Of a stretch of 64,000 nucleotides of DNA, positions 40,020-49,561 are shown one piece after another. Position 1 is the first letter of the stretch; every line of letters begins with the position of its first letter. The DNA lies in NCBI GenBank assembly GCA_002009975.1, contig MTLP01000002.1, forward strand, positions 1 through 64,000, read 5' to 3'. A program made the translations under genes and the position numbers. The notes beneath the pieces were generated by a model. It ran no database searches and was not told where the DNA came from. It saw only the letters and a program-made list of their open reading frames with translations. Origin of the DNA: Thermococcus sp. JdFR-02 (GTDB lineage Archaea > Methanobacteriota_B > Thermococci > Thermococcales > Thermococcaceae).

Positions 40020-40036
40020 TATCACCTTTAGTGTTT
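40020..40036 (+). promoter_or_regulatory. TGM (TrmBL1/Tgr site) upstream of the pgk promoter
   Basis: TATCAC-CTTTA-GTGTTT just upstream of TTTTAA (40045-40050). Confidence 0.6.
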
Positions 40037-40082
40037 AAATAACCTTTTAACTGCTTTTTATAAACATTTTCTTGGTGGTGGA

Positions 40083-41312
40083 ATGTTTAAGCTCACGGAT
40101 TTTGATTATCACAATAAAACTGTGTTTTTAAGAGCTGATTTAAATTCACCAGTGAAAAATGGGAAGATAATCAGCGATGCAAGGTTTAGGGGAGTTTTGC
40201 CCACGATACTGTATCTTCTTGAGCATGGAGCAAAAGTTGTAGTCTCAACCCATCAAAGCAAGCCGTACAATGAAGATTATATAACAACGGAACAGCATGC
40301 AGAGATCTTGAGCAATCTCCTAGGTCAGGAGGTTGAGTATGTTGAAGACATTTTTGGGAAATATGCGAGGGATAAAATAAGAGCTTTAAAATCGGGTGAA
40401 ATAATAATGCTTGAAAATCTCCGCTTTGCCGCTGAAGAGGTTAAATATAAACCTTTAGAGGACTGTGAGAGGACGTATTTTGTACGAAAGCTGGTGCCTC
40501 TAATAGATTATGTGGTAAATGATGCCTTTGCAGCTTCCCATCGCTCACAACCTTCTCTGGTAGGATTTGCACGCCTAAAGCCAATGATAATGGGCTTTTT
40601 AATGGAGAAGGAAATTAAAGCTCTAAAGAAGGCTTATGAGAGTGATGAGAGACCTAAAATTTATGTATTGGGTGGAGCAAAAGTTGGTGATTCTTTACAA
40701 GTTGCAGAAAACGTGCTAACTCAAGGAAAAGCCGATTTAATTCTAACTGGCGGCTTAGTCGGACAAATCTTCACATTAGCTAAAGGCTTTGATTTAGGTG
40801 ATGCCAATATAGAGTTCTTGGAGAAAAAGGGATTAATAGAACTGGTGGATTGGGCAGAGAGGCTTTTAGACATGTTCTATACCTTAATTAGAACGCCCGT
40901 AGATTTTGCCATAAATTATAGAGGAGAAAGGTTTGAGATTGATTTGCTAAGCGATGAAAAGAAGTTTTTTGATGAATATGCTATAATGGACATTGGAAGC
41001 AGAACTGTAGAAAAGTATGCACAGATATTAAAAGAGGCTAGCATTATAGTTGCTAACGGTCCAATGGGAATATTTGAAGTTGAAGAGTTTGCTAAAGGAA
41101 CGGTAGGCGTGTTTAGAGCTATAGGAAAAAGTGGTGCATTCTCTATTATTGGGGGAGGACATAGTATAGCCAGCATTTACAAGTATAACATTCAAGGAAT
41201 TAGTCATATAAGCACTGGCGGTGGAGCAATGTTGAATTTCTTTGGGGGTAAAGGTTTACCTGTTTTAGAAGCTTTGAAGATAAGCTATGAAATTTTTAAA
41301 GATAAAATTTAG
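40083..41312 (+). CDS. pgk: Phosphoglycerate kinase
   Basis: RADLNSP, LENLRF, VNDAFAASHRSQPS, LGGAK, NGPMG.FE, HISTGGGA. Confidence 0.97.
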   Translation: MFKLTDFDYHNKTVFLRADLNSPVKNGKIISDARFRGVLPTILYLLEHGAKVVVSTHQSKPYNEDYITTEQHAEILSNLLGQEVEYVEDIFGKYARDKIRALKSGEIIMLENLRFAAEEVKYKPLEDCERTYFVRKLVPLIDYVVNDAFAASHRSQPSLVGFARLKPMIMGFLMEKEIKALKKAYESDERPKIYVLGGAKVGDSLQVAENVLTQGKADLILTGGLVGQIFTLAKGFDLGDANIEFLEKKGLIELVDWAERLLDMFYTLIRTPVDFAINYRGERFEIDLLSDEKKFFDEYAIMDIGSRTVEKYAQILKEASIIVANGPMGIFEVEEFAKGTVGVFRAIGKSGAFSIIGGGHSIASIYKYNIQGISHISTGGGAMLNFFGGKGLPVLEALKISYEIFKDKI

Positions 41313-41325
41313 ATGAGAAGATTGA

Positions 41326-42090
41326 TTATTCAATCGTAGCCCTCTCAAAGGAATACATTGCAATTCCAAGTAAAGCGATGCTTAACAGAGCTAAAACACT
41401 CAAATCTGTCGTTATTGGAAATTTTGAAGTACCTAACAAGAAATATCTCGATCCGTCAACTGCATAGGTTAAAGGATTTATATGTGCTAAAACCTGCATC
41501 CAATTGGGCATTGTGTCTATTGGATAAAAAGCTCCGCTCAGGAAAAGCAATGGAAGCATTAGAAAGCTCATTATCATTTGAAAGCCTTCCATACTCGTCA
41601 TTCTCAAAGCTAAGCTAACGCCAAAGCTTGCAAATGCTACTGCTAACATGAAGCCAATTAGCAAAACAAATGGAATTCCTGAGACTTTTAGGCTATCCGC
41701 TATCATAAACATCAAAAGCAAGATTACAGTTCCTTGGAAGAGTGATGTCAGTGAATCGCCTACAATTCTACCCACTATAGCGGCTTTCCTAGAAGCTGGT
41801 GCAACAAGGATCTCCTTTAGAAATCCAAACTGCTTATCCCAAATAACGCTTATTCCACTTATGAAACTTGAATTAAATATCGTCATTGCTACAATGCCCG
41901 GAGCAAGGAATGAAAGATAATCTACCCCTCCAAATATTTGTCTTGCCATAGGGAAGTTGAAGACTTCACTCCACCCAAGTCCAAAGAATATCAACCATAT
42001 TATTGGATTTACAAAGCTCCCAATAACTCTTGAGCGAGCTCTTGTAAAGCGCTTAAGCTGGCGATAGGCAAGTGTTATAAATGCATTCAT
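41326..42090 (-). CDS. ABC-2 type exporter permease (DrrB-like)
   Basis: YLSFLAPG, DKQFGFLKEILVAP, FLSGAFYP, NPLTYAVD. Confidence 0.92.
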   Translation of the reverse strand: MNAFITLAYRQLKRFTRARSRVIGSFVNPIIWLIFFGLGWSEVFNFPMARQIFGGVDYLSFLAPGIVAMTIFNSSFISGISVIWDKQFGFLKEILVAPASRKAAIVGRIVGDSLTSLFQGTVILLLMFMIADSLKVSGIPFVLLIGFMLAVAFASFGVSLALRMTSMEGFQMIMSFLMLPLLFLSGAFYPIDTMPNWMQVLAHINPLTYAVDGSRYFLLGTSKFPITTDLSVLALLSIALLGIAMYSFERATIE

Positions 42091-43067
42091 CTGAATCTCC
42101 TCCTAGCAACTGTCTTTAATATAGCAAAACTTTCCCCATTTTCTTCCCTAATCTCCCTTCCTGTCAAATAAAGGAACACATCATTTAGCGTTGGCTTATG
42201 ATAACTCACTTCAAGAATTTTCCAACTTTTTTGGATTGAAAGCTCGAAAATCTTTGGAATTGCCTCACTTGCATTTTCAACCCCCAACTCTATCCTTCCA
42301 TCCGGTAAAATCTTGCAATCCTTAATAAACTCCGCCTTTATACACTCAATCATTCCATTTGTGAACTTCAAGTACACTACGTCATTTCCAATAAGTCTCT
42401 TAAGCTCATCTGCTGTTCCCTCTGCTATAATTTTACCGTGGTCAATTATTGCTATTCTATCAGCTAACTGATCAGCTTCATCCATGTAATGCGTCGTTAG
42501 AAAAATCGTCATATCCCTCTCTTTCTTCATCCTCTTTATATACTCCCAAATATGAGCTCGTGTATGTGGATCTAAGCCTATTGTAGGTTCATCTAAAAAG
42601 AGAATCTCAGGTTCATGAATCAAAGCTCTTGCAATCTCCAAACGTCTTGCCATCCCGCCACTAAATGTTTTAACGACCTTATCCTTAAACCTCTCAAGCT
42701 CGACAAATTTTAAAAGATCGTTGATTCTTTCTTTAAGCTTAATTCCATTGTATCCATAGATTTTACCATGAATATACATGTTCTCATAAGCCGTTAATTC
42801 TCTATCCAAGCTTGGATCTTGAAAAACTATCCCAATTTTCTTGCGAACTTCGCTCGGTTCCTTAACAACATCATAACCAGCAACTGTAGCTCTTCCCTCC
42901 GTTGGTTTTAGGAGCGTCGTTAACATGTTTATTGTGGTTGTCTTTCCAGCACCATTTGGACCTAAAAATGCAAAGATCTCGCCTTTTTTGACTGTAAAAT
43001 TAACATGATCAACTGCTATTAAATCGCCGAATCTTTTGGTTAAGTTCTCAACTTCAATTGCATACAT
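42087..43067 (-). CDS. ABC exporter ATP-binding protein (DrrA-like)
   Basis: GPNGAGKTT, FSGGM, LFLDEPT, TTHYMDEA. Confidence 0.95.
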   Translation of the reverse strand: MYAIEVENLTKRFGDLIAVDHVNFTVKKGEIFAFLGPNGAGKTTTINMLTTLLKPTEGRATVAGYDVVKEPSEVRKKIGIVFQDPSLDRELTAYENMYIHGKIYGYNGIKLKERINDLLKFVELERFKDKVVKTFSGGMARRLEIARALIHEPEILFLDEPTIGLDPHTRAHIWEYIKRMKKERDMTIFLTTHYMDEADQLADRIAIIDHGKIIAEGTADELKRLIGNDVVYLKFTNGMIECIKAEFIKDCKILPDGRIELGVENASEAIPKIFELSIQKSWKILEVSYHKPTLNDVFLYLTGREIREENGESFAILKTVARRRFR

Positions 43068-43532
43068 TCAATCACCACCAAATTCCACAATAAATTTTAT
43101 TTCTCTGGCGCATTTTCGCATTAACTCTCCTAATTTCTCCTTTTGCTCATCATTAAGTTCAGGGAACTTTTTAATCATCAAGAATATCGCATCCCTCAAT
43201 TCTCTTCCTCCCAAGTTGAAAAACTCACCCATCACTTTAGCGTGATTTAACACTCTTTCAAGTTCTTTTTTATGTTCTTCGAGGTACTTTTTGCCATTTT
43301 CTGTGATTTTATATGTTTTCTTTTCTCTTTTTCCTTTTCCAACAGTCTCTATAAGACCACTTTTCTTTAAACTTGATAATGTGGGATAGATTATTCCAGC
43401 ACTCGGTCTGTAGTCACTAAACAGCTCACTCAGCTTTTGCATTATTGCATAACCATGCAAAGGTTCCTTCTCTAGAACATAGAGGATTAGAAGCTTGAGC
43501 GATCCTTTAAACTTTCTAAGCACGCTTTCCAT
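43068..43532 (-). CDS. PadR family transcriptional regulator
   Basis: PLHGYAIM...PSAGIIYPTL...KKTYKITENGK. Confidence 0.92.
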   Translation of the reverse strand: MESVLRKFKGSLKLLILYVLEKEPLHGYAIMQKLSELFSDYRPSAGIIYPTLSSLKKSGLIETVGKGKREKKTYKITENGKKYLEEHKKELERVLNHAKVMGEFFNLGGRELRDAIFLMIKKFPELNDEQKEKLGELMRKCAREIKFIVEFGGD

Positions 43533-43541
43533 ATTATCACC

Positions 43542-43561
43542 GATATGTCTTCAGATATATC
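43542..43561. promoter_or_regulatory. Palindromic operator upstream of padR
   Basis: GATATGTCT-TC-AGATATATC (9-bp arms, one mismatch) between minus-strand TATA (43567-72) and the start codon. Confidence 0.55.
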
Positions 43562-43593
43562 TAGAGTTATAAGACTTTCGGTATCTTTATATA

Positions 43594-43643
43594 TTCGGGG
43601 TACGAAATACTTCTGGGGGCAGAAGTAGTTCGGAGGGCTGTAA
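43594..43643 (+). repeat. Three degenerate tandem 17-18 bp units, the first two internally palindromic
   Basis: TTCGGGGTACGAAATAC / TTCTGGGGGCAGAAGTAG / TTCGGAGGGCTGTAA between TATA (43586-93) and the ATPase start. Confidence 0.6.
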
Positions 43644-44711
43644 ATGCTATTTGATTTGAGACCAAAAGAAAAGAGAGAGGAATTATTTGATAGAGAGAAA
43701 GAGCTTAAAGAGACTCTGGATGCATTTGATAGATATTCCTTAGTTTTGTTACTTGGAATCAGGAGAATTGGCAAAAGTTCACTTCTTCGGGTTGCAATAA
43801 ATGAATCTGAGAATATTGGAATAATAATAGATGCAAGAAAGCTATATCTCAAAGGCAGCCTTAATGAGAGCGCTGTTCTGAATGAAATGGGCAAGATTAA
43901 AGGATACTTCAAAAAGCTGAAGCTCAGAGAAGTTGATCTTAAGTTTTTGAAATTTGATGTAAACAGTAACAAACACTTAGTTGATATATTTGAAGAGCTT
44001 AACAGGCTTGGAGAGAAGAGTGGAAGGAGAATTATCTTAGCATTTGATGAAGCCCAATATCTAAGGTTTTATGGAAACAGGGGCGGGCGTGATTTATTGG
44101 TTCTTTTTGCTTATACCTATGATAATTTGGAAAATATAACACTCGTTTTCACAGGTTCTGAGGTTGGTCTTTTGCACAGCTACTTAAACCTTGAAAATTA
44201 TGAAATGCCATTGTATGGTAGATTAGCAAAAGAGATTACAGTCGAACCTTTTTCTCGGGAGGTTTCATTTGAATTTTTGAGACAGGGATTTAGAGAACTT
44301 GGGATTAATGCTCCAGACCATCACATTGAGCTTGCAATTGATCACTTAGATGGGATTCCCGGGTGGCTTGTAGAATTCGGAACAATTTATGCTGAAACTA
44401 GGAACTTTGAAATATCGCTTGATCAAACATTTAGGAGAGCCAAGAACACAATACACAATGAGATTAGAGAGTTAGAAAAAAGAAGCAATAAATACCGGTT
44501 CGTTTTAAAAGCAATAGCCTTGGGATGGGATAGATGGAAGAACATAAAAGAGTATCTACATGCAAGAAAGATTAGAACCTCCGATTCAAGATTATCCGAG
44601 ATTTTAAGAAATCTTGAGAAGATGGGCTGGATTAAAATGGAGCTTAGGGATGGTAAAAAGGTATACAAGATAATAGATCCAGTTGTGGAACAGATTTTAA
44701 AGGGTGATTAG
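43644..44711 (+). CDS. Archaeal ATPase (ATPase_2 / STAND-related) with C-terminal wHTH
   Basis: MLFDLRPK...LFDRE, GIRRIGKSS, AFDEAQYL, FTGSEVG, PLYGR, DGIPGWL, YKIIDPV. Confidence 0.9.
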   Translation: MLFDLRPKEKREELFDREKELKETLDAFDRYSLVLLLGIRRIGKSSLLRVAINESENIGIIIDARKLYLKGSLNESAVLNEMGKIKGYFKKLKLREVDLKFLKFDVNSNKHLVDIFEELNRLGEKSGRRIILAFDEAQYLRFYGNRGGRDLLVLFAYTYDNLENITLVFTGSEVGLLHSYLNLENYEMPLYGRLAKEITVEPFSREVSFEFLRQGFRELGINAPDHHIELAIDHLDGIPGWLVEFGTIYAETRNFEISLDQTFRRAKNTIHNEIRELEKRSNKYRFVLKAIALGWDRWKNIKEYLHARKIRTSDSRLSEILRNLEKMGWIKMELRDGKKVYKIIDPVVEQILKGD

Positions 44712-44712
44712 G

Positions 44713-45144
44713 GTGAGGCTTATCCTAAAACCCCTCTTTGGAGTGGAACTTCCCCCAGAATTTGTGGAGATTTTAAAGTCTAAGTTAAAGGGAAGAGAAG
44801 TTAAGGAAGGTGAAACAATAGAGATTGATCTTTTGGGGAAGTCTTTGAGCTTTAAAGTTGTATATGCTGAGCCCAAAGAATTTAAAGTTGATGTAAGGAC
44901 GAAAATTGAACTAACGGAGAGAGAAGTTGTTCCAATAAGTTTTGAATTTGAAGAGCCTGTTAAAGATGTTATTCCCTTTGAGAAAGGGCTTGTTATGGTC
45001 TTTGAAAATGAGGTTCTAATCTTAAACCAAGAAGGGCATAAAATTTTTAATATGAAGTTCGAGAAAATAACAAAGATTGTAATAAATGGAAATGTAGTGA
45101 CGGTGGTTCATAATGACAAAAAGCTCACAATCATTCGAGTTTGA
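44713..45144 (+). CDS. Hypothetical protein with CDC48 domain-2-like N-terminus
   Basis: LKGREVKEGETIEIDLLGKSLSFKVVYAEP...TKIE; start 44704 or 44713. Confidence 0.7.
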   Translation: MRLILKPLFGVELPPEFVEILKSKLKGREVKEGETIEIDLLGKSLSFKVVYAEPKEFKVDVRTKIELTEREVVPISFEFEEPVKDVIPFEKGLVMVFENEVLILNQEGHKIFNMKFEKITKIVINGNVVTVVHNDKKLTIIRV

Positions 45145-45850
45145 GAGCTGGGACGAAAAGAAGGAAAGAGCAGTTAAAATCGTTAAGAAGCTCATGAAAA
45201 TGTATCCAAGAGGGACAATGGAGAAAATTCTGCATGGAGACCCTTATTTCACTTTGATTCGGTGTATAATATCTCAAAGGAATAGGGATGAGGTAACAGA
45301 CAGAGTAAGCAAAATTTTATTCAAAAAATATCCAACAATGGAAGCTTTAGCTGCTGCAAAAGCGGAGGAAATTCAAGCACTTTTGAAAGAAAATGGCGTC
45401 GGTCTTTGGAAGACGAAGGGTAGATGGATTGTAGAGGCTTCAAGGATTTTGCTTGAAAAGTATAGAGGTAAAGTTCCAGACACTCTTGAAGAGCTTGTGA
45501 AATTGCCTGGTATTGGGAGAAAATGTGCAAATATAGTTTTAGCATATGGATTTGGAAAGCAGGCTATCCCAGTTGATACTCACGTTCATAGAATAAGCAA
45601 GCGCTTAGGCTTAGCACCTCCGAAATCATCCCCAGAGAAGGTTGAAGAGCATCTAAAGGAACTAATCCCGAAAGAACTATGGATTTATGTTAACCATGCA
45701 ATGGTTGATCACGGAAAGACTATTTGTAAGCCAATAGGTCCAAAATGTGGTGAATGTCCCTTAAATCAACTCTGCCCTTATGCTAAGGGCTTAATAAAAG
45801 AAGAGGACATTAAAGGAAAGTCCTCAACCAAAAAGAAGAAAAATGCGTAA
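45113..45850 (+). CDS. nth: Endonuclease III
   Basis: HhH LPGIGRKCA, IPVDTHVHRI, 4Fe-4S motif CKPIGPKCGECPLNQLC. Confidence 0.95.
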   Translation: MTKSSQSFEFESWDEKKERAVKIVKKLMKMYPRGTMEKILHGDPYFTLIRCIISQRNRDEVTDRVSKILFKKYPTMEALAAAKAEEIQALLKENGVGLWKTKGRWIVEASRILLEKYRGKVPDTLEELVKLPGIGRKCANIVLAYGFGKQAIPVDTHVHRISKRLGLAPPKSSPEKVEEHLKELIPKELWIYVNHAMVDHGKTICKPIGPKCGECPLNQLCPYAKGLIKEEDIKGKSSTKKKKNA

Positions 45851-45926
45851 TCCAAAGTTTTATATACCCTTTTTTCTCCTCTTATAAGTTGGAGAGAGGT
45901 GGTGAAAGAGATGGAGAGTGAGAACG

Positions 45927-47102
45927 ATGACAGTCCTTTTGGAGCTGAAAGGGAAGCTCAAGGAAACTTACAAGGTAACCTTATTCTCCCTAGTGGCATC
46001 TTTAATCATAGGGTTCTTTGGAGGAACTTTTCTTGGCAAATATTTTGATAAGATACGCTCTTCTTATCCGGGCTTGCTTGTGATTCTTCCTGGAATGATG
46101 GGTTTGAGGGGAAACGTTTTTGGTTCTATGGCTTCTCGCTTTTCCACTATGCTTTATCTGGGTGACTTAGAACCGAGTTTAAAGGATAAGAAGGTTTTAA
46201 GAAATATCGTTGTTGGGATAATGCTCTCTATGATCCCTGTAACACTCCTATGGAGCATTGGAGTTCTTAAGGGAATTAGGGAGAATGCTTTTGAAATTTT
46301 TCTGATAGTTATAAGTTCAACGGTCTTTGTATCTATACTCTTAGGGTATTTTACAGCTTTTGTAACCATCTTCACCTTTAAGAGAGGGACAGACCCAGAT
46401 AGCATTGCTGCGCCTTTAGTGGCTTCAATGGGTGACTTGCTAACTATTCCATCCCTTATAGCTTTTATTCTGTTTCTGGAATATAGTGTAAAAGAATTCT
46501 GGCTCTCAAACTTGGTTTTAATTGCCACATTTGTCGTATTAATTAGAATAAGCAGAATTAGATGGGGAAAGCTTTTTGAATTTAGAGAAATTTTCATAAC
46601 AATAACACTCTTAGCTCTACTCTCAACGATATCTGGAGGTCTCCTAGAGCATTACAGTGATGCGATTCATAAGTCTATCTTGCTCAGTTTTGCATATCCC
46701 TCTCTCTTAAGCAGTTTTGGAAACTATGGTTCCGTAATTGCTGCCAAGACATCTACAAAGCTTCATTTAGGTGAGATAAACAAATTCCTTTCGCTTGATC
46801 CATTTTTGGACATATTATCTTTATTCACAACTACCCCTTTAATTGGACTCCTAATAAATATTTTCAGTATTTTAGTTGCCAAGCTGGTTTTAGGGGTTAG
46901 CATTAAGCCAATATTCCTCCTTGCATTGACCTACCCATTTATGGCTCTTTTCATAATGCTCTTTTCTTATTCCCTCTCATACGTTCTTTTTATGAAAAAC
47001 ATAGACCCAGATAATGTTGCAATTCCCTTGATAGCAACAAACAGCGATATATTAGGAACAATTTATGCAGTATTTGTTGCTAAGTTAGTGATAGGAGGAT
47101 GA
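45927..47102 (+). CDS. MgtE-type divalent cation transporter (duplicated membrane domain)
   Basis: GLRGNVFG, DPDSIAAPLVASMGD and second DPDNVAIPLIATNSD. Confidence 0.87.
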   Translation: MTVLLELKGKLKETYKVTLFSLVASLIIGFFGGTFLGKYFDKIRSSYPGLLVILPGMMGLRGNVFGSMASRFSTMLYLGDLEPSLKDKKVLRNIVVGIMLSMIPVTLLWSIGVLKGIRENAFEIFLIVISSTVFVSILLGYFTAFVTIFTFKRGTDPDSIAAPLVASMGDLLTIPSLIAFILFLEYSVKEFWLSNLVLIATFVVLIRISRIRWGKLFEFREIFITITLLALLSTISGGLLEHYSDAIHKSILLSFAYPSLLSSFGNYGSVIAAKTSTKLHLGEINKFLSLDPFLDILSLFTTTPLIGLLINIFSILVAKLVLGVSIKPIFLLALTYPFMALFIMLFSYSLSYVLFMKNIDPDNVAIPLIATNSDILGTIYAVFVAKLVIGG

Positions 47103-47106
47103 TAAA

Positions 47107-47871
47107 ATGAAGATAGGTGCTTCAACACTTTGCTTGCTTGATAAAAGCTTAGGAGTTGCATTAAACAAGCTGGTACGATACAAATTAGATTTCGTTGAGA
47201 TACTCAATGAAGGTTATCACAGCTTAAACAAGTATAACTATCATCTTCATCTTGGATTTTTGGAAAGCTATGGGCTGAAAAATATCATACATGCCCCTTT
47301 TAGCGATGTGAATATTGCATCACTGAATGAGAGGCTTAGAAGACCAATGCTCCAGCTGATTTTTAATACCCTTGAAATAGCTCAAAAAATGGGTTCCCTT
47401 TTAGTCGTGGTTCATCCAGGGCATTTTTCACCTTTAAGCAAGAGATTCCCAAGAACTTATGAGAAAGTTCATAAACGCTCTTTAGAAGAGATAGATAGAG
47501 TCGCTCAAAAATTGGACATTAAAGTAGGTTTAGAAAACATGCCAGCTTTCCCAATCTTAGATGGATTAACTCCTGAAAGGCTTTATGAGCTGATTGATGG
47601 AACAGAGCTATACATAACATTTGATGTTGGACATTTGAACACTGTAAACAGTGAATTTGAGGAGTTCATTGACCTTTTGGGAGATAGAATTATTCACGTC
47701 CATCTGCACGACAATGATGGAAAAAATGATAATCACTTACCGTTGGGTGAAGGGAGCATAGATTGGAATGCTCTGATAAGAAATCTTCCAAAGAATGTTA
47801 CTTGGGGCATTGAAATGGAAAGTTTGAGAGATTTAGAGAAGAGCTTGAAATATCTGCAAAGCCTTGTTTAG
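47107..47871 (+). CDS. Sugar phosphate isomerase/epimerase (AP endonuclease 2 TIM barrel) family
   Basis: HAPFSDVNIAS, VVHPG, LENMP, TFDVGH, HVHLHDN...HLPLGEG. Confidence 0.88.
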   Translation: MKIGASTLCLLDKSLGVALNKLVRYKLDFVEILNEGYHSLNKYNYHLHLGFLESYGLKNIIHAPFSDVNIASLNERLRRPMLQLIFNTLEIAQKMGSLLVVVHPGHFSPLSKRFPRTYEKVHKRSLEEIDRVAQKLDIKVGLENMPAFPILDGLTPERLYELIDGTELYITFDVGHLNTVNSEFEEFIDLLGDRIIHVHLHDNDGKNDNHLPLGEGSIDWNALIRNLPKNVTWGIEMESLRDLEKSLKYLQSLV

Positions 47872-48135
47872 ATTTTAAAGCTAAATTGTCCGGACTTTAC
47901 TTTTGTAAAGCTTTATCTCAGAAATACAATATTAATAAGAACTGTACCTTTTCAGTAGTCAAGAAGAGTTGGACATTTTTTGCCTAATAAAAGCATAGAT
48001 GTTCTTTTCTAAACATTAAAGCCCATATTTTAAGTGCATAAAACTTTTATAGAGCTAAATAGAAAAATTTCGAATGGAAAGCATTTGTTATCAAAAAACT
48101 TTCAACGAAAGTTTTCAACCAAAGGTGGTGATAAG

Positions 48136-49557
48136 ATGGAGAAACCAAAAATAGTTGAAGAGCTTGAGCCTTTCTTTAATCCTAAGGGTGTCGCAATTAT
48201 CGGTGCTACGAATAAAAAAGGAAAAGTCGGTAACGTCATTTTTGAGAACTTTAAAGTGAATAAAGAGAGGGGGATTTTTAAGGGTGAAATCTATCCAGTA
48301 AACCCAAAGCTTGCTGAAATCGATGGGATAAAATGCTATCCTAACGTTAAGAGCCTCCCAGACGGAGTTGACTTAGCAGTTATATCAATTCCAGCGCCTT
48401 TTGTCCCAAACGTTATGAAAGAAATAGCCGAGAAAGGCATTAAAAGAGTTGTAATTATTACAGGTGGATTTGGAGAGCTTGGAGAAGAAGGAAAGAAGCT
48501 TGAGCAGGAGATTCTACAAATAGCAAAGGAAAATGGAATTAGAATTATTGGACCAAACTGTGTTGGTGTTTATGTTCCAGAGACGGGTGTAGATACAGTT
48601 TTCCTTCCAGAAACAAAAATGGATAGACCAACAAGCGGTTCAATCGCCTTCGTTTCTCAAAGTGGTGCATTTGCAGCTGCAATGCTCGATTGGGCTGCAA
48701 TGGCTGGAATAGGAATTGGAAAGATGGTTAGTTATGGAAACAAAATTGACGTTGATGATGCAGACTTAATGGAGTACTTCATGTACGACGACCAAATAAA
48801 GGTGATAACCTTATACATTGAGGGAGTTAAGGATGGAAGGAAGTTTATAGAGGCTGCAAAGAGAGTTACACCTCACAAACCAGTTATAGCTTTAAAGAGT
48901 GGAAGAACAGAGTATGGAGCAAAGGCTGCTTCTTCACATACAGGCTCATTGGCTGGAGCAGATGTTATTTACGATGCTGTATTTAAGCAAACTGGAATTT
49001 TAAGAGCTGAGGACTTTGAGCACATGTTTGATATTGCTAAGGCTTTCGCAAAGTGTAAGCTTCCAAAGGGAGATAGAATTGGAATTATCACTGATGGCGG
49101 TGGAGCTGGAGTTATGGCAAGCGATGCAGTTGCAAAGTTTGGCTTAAAGATGGCTAATCTCAGCGAAGAGACCCTCAAATACTTAAAGGAGAACTTCCCA
49201 CCTCATGCAGTTGCTGGAAATCCAACCGATGTTGTTGGAGATACAGATGCCCAAAGGTACAAAGTTGCAATTGAAGGATTTGTAAATGATCCAAACGTTG
49301 ACGGGATTGTAATAATAACACTATTCCAAGTTCCATTGCTTGATGAAATGGAGCTAATTGAAATTTTAGCCGATTACGCAAAGAAGAGTGAAAAACCAAT
49401 TATTGCAGTTGCTATGGGTGGTAAAAAGACAGAATATTATGCAAAGATTTTAGAAGACAAGGGAGTTCCAGTTTACCCAACCCCCGAGAGAGGAGTTAGA
49501 GCAATGGCTGGTTTGGTTCAATACGCAAAATATTTGGAGAAGGTTGAGGGGGAATGA
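48136..49557 (+). CDS. ADP-forming acyl-CoA synthetase alpha subunit
   Basis: YPVNP, IGPNCVG, SQSGA, YGNKIDV, LYIEG, AASSHTGSLAG (phospho-His), NPTD; ATG 48136 after SD GGTGGTGA. Confidence 0.93.
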   Translation: MEKPKIVEELEPFFNPKGVAIIGATNKKGKVGNVIFENFKVNKERGIFKGEIYPVNPKLAEIDGIKCYPNVKSLPDGVDLAVISIPAPFVPNVMKEIAEKGIKRVVIITGGFGELGEEGKKLEQEILQIAKENGIRIIGPNCVGVYVPETGVDTVFLPETKMDRPTSGSIAFVSQSGAFAAAMLDWAAMAGIGIGKMVSYGNKIDVDDADLMEYFMYDDQIKVITLYIEGVKDGRKFIEAAKRVTPHKPVIALKSGRTEYGAKAASSHTGSLAGADVIYDAVFKQTGILRAEDFEHMFDIAKAFAKCKLPKGDRIGIITDGGGAGVMASDAVAKFGLKMANLSEETLKYLKENFPPHAVAGNPTDVVGDTDAQRYKVAIEGFVNDPNVDGIVIITLFQVPLLDEMELIEILADYAKKSEKPIIAVAMGGKKTEYYAKILEDKGVPVYPTPERGVRAMAGLVQYAKYLEKVEGE

Positions 49558-49561
49558 TTTT

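Noticed and set aside
47969-47987. TTGGACA...TGCCTAA upstream of acyl-CoA synthetase alpha as a second copy of the 60903 palindrome
   Set aside because: Spacing and right arm do not match.
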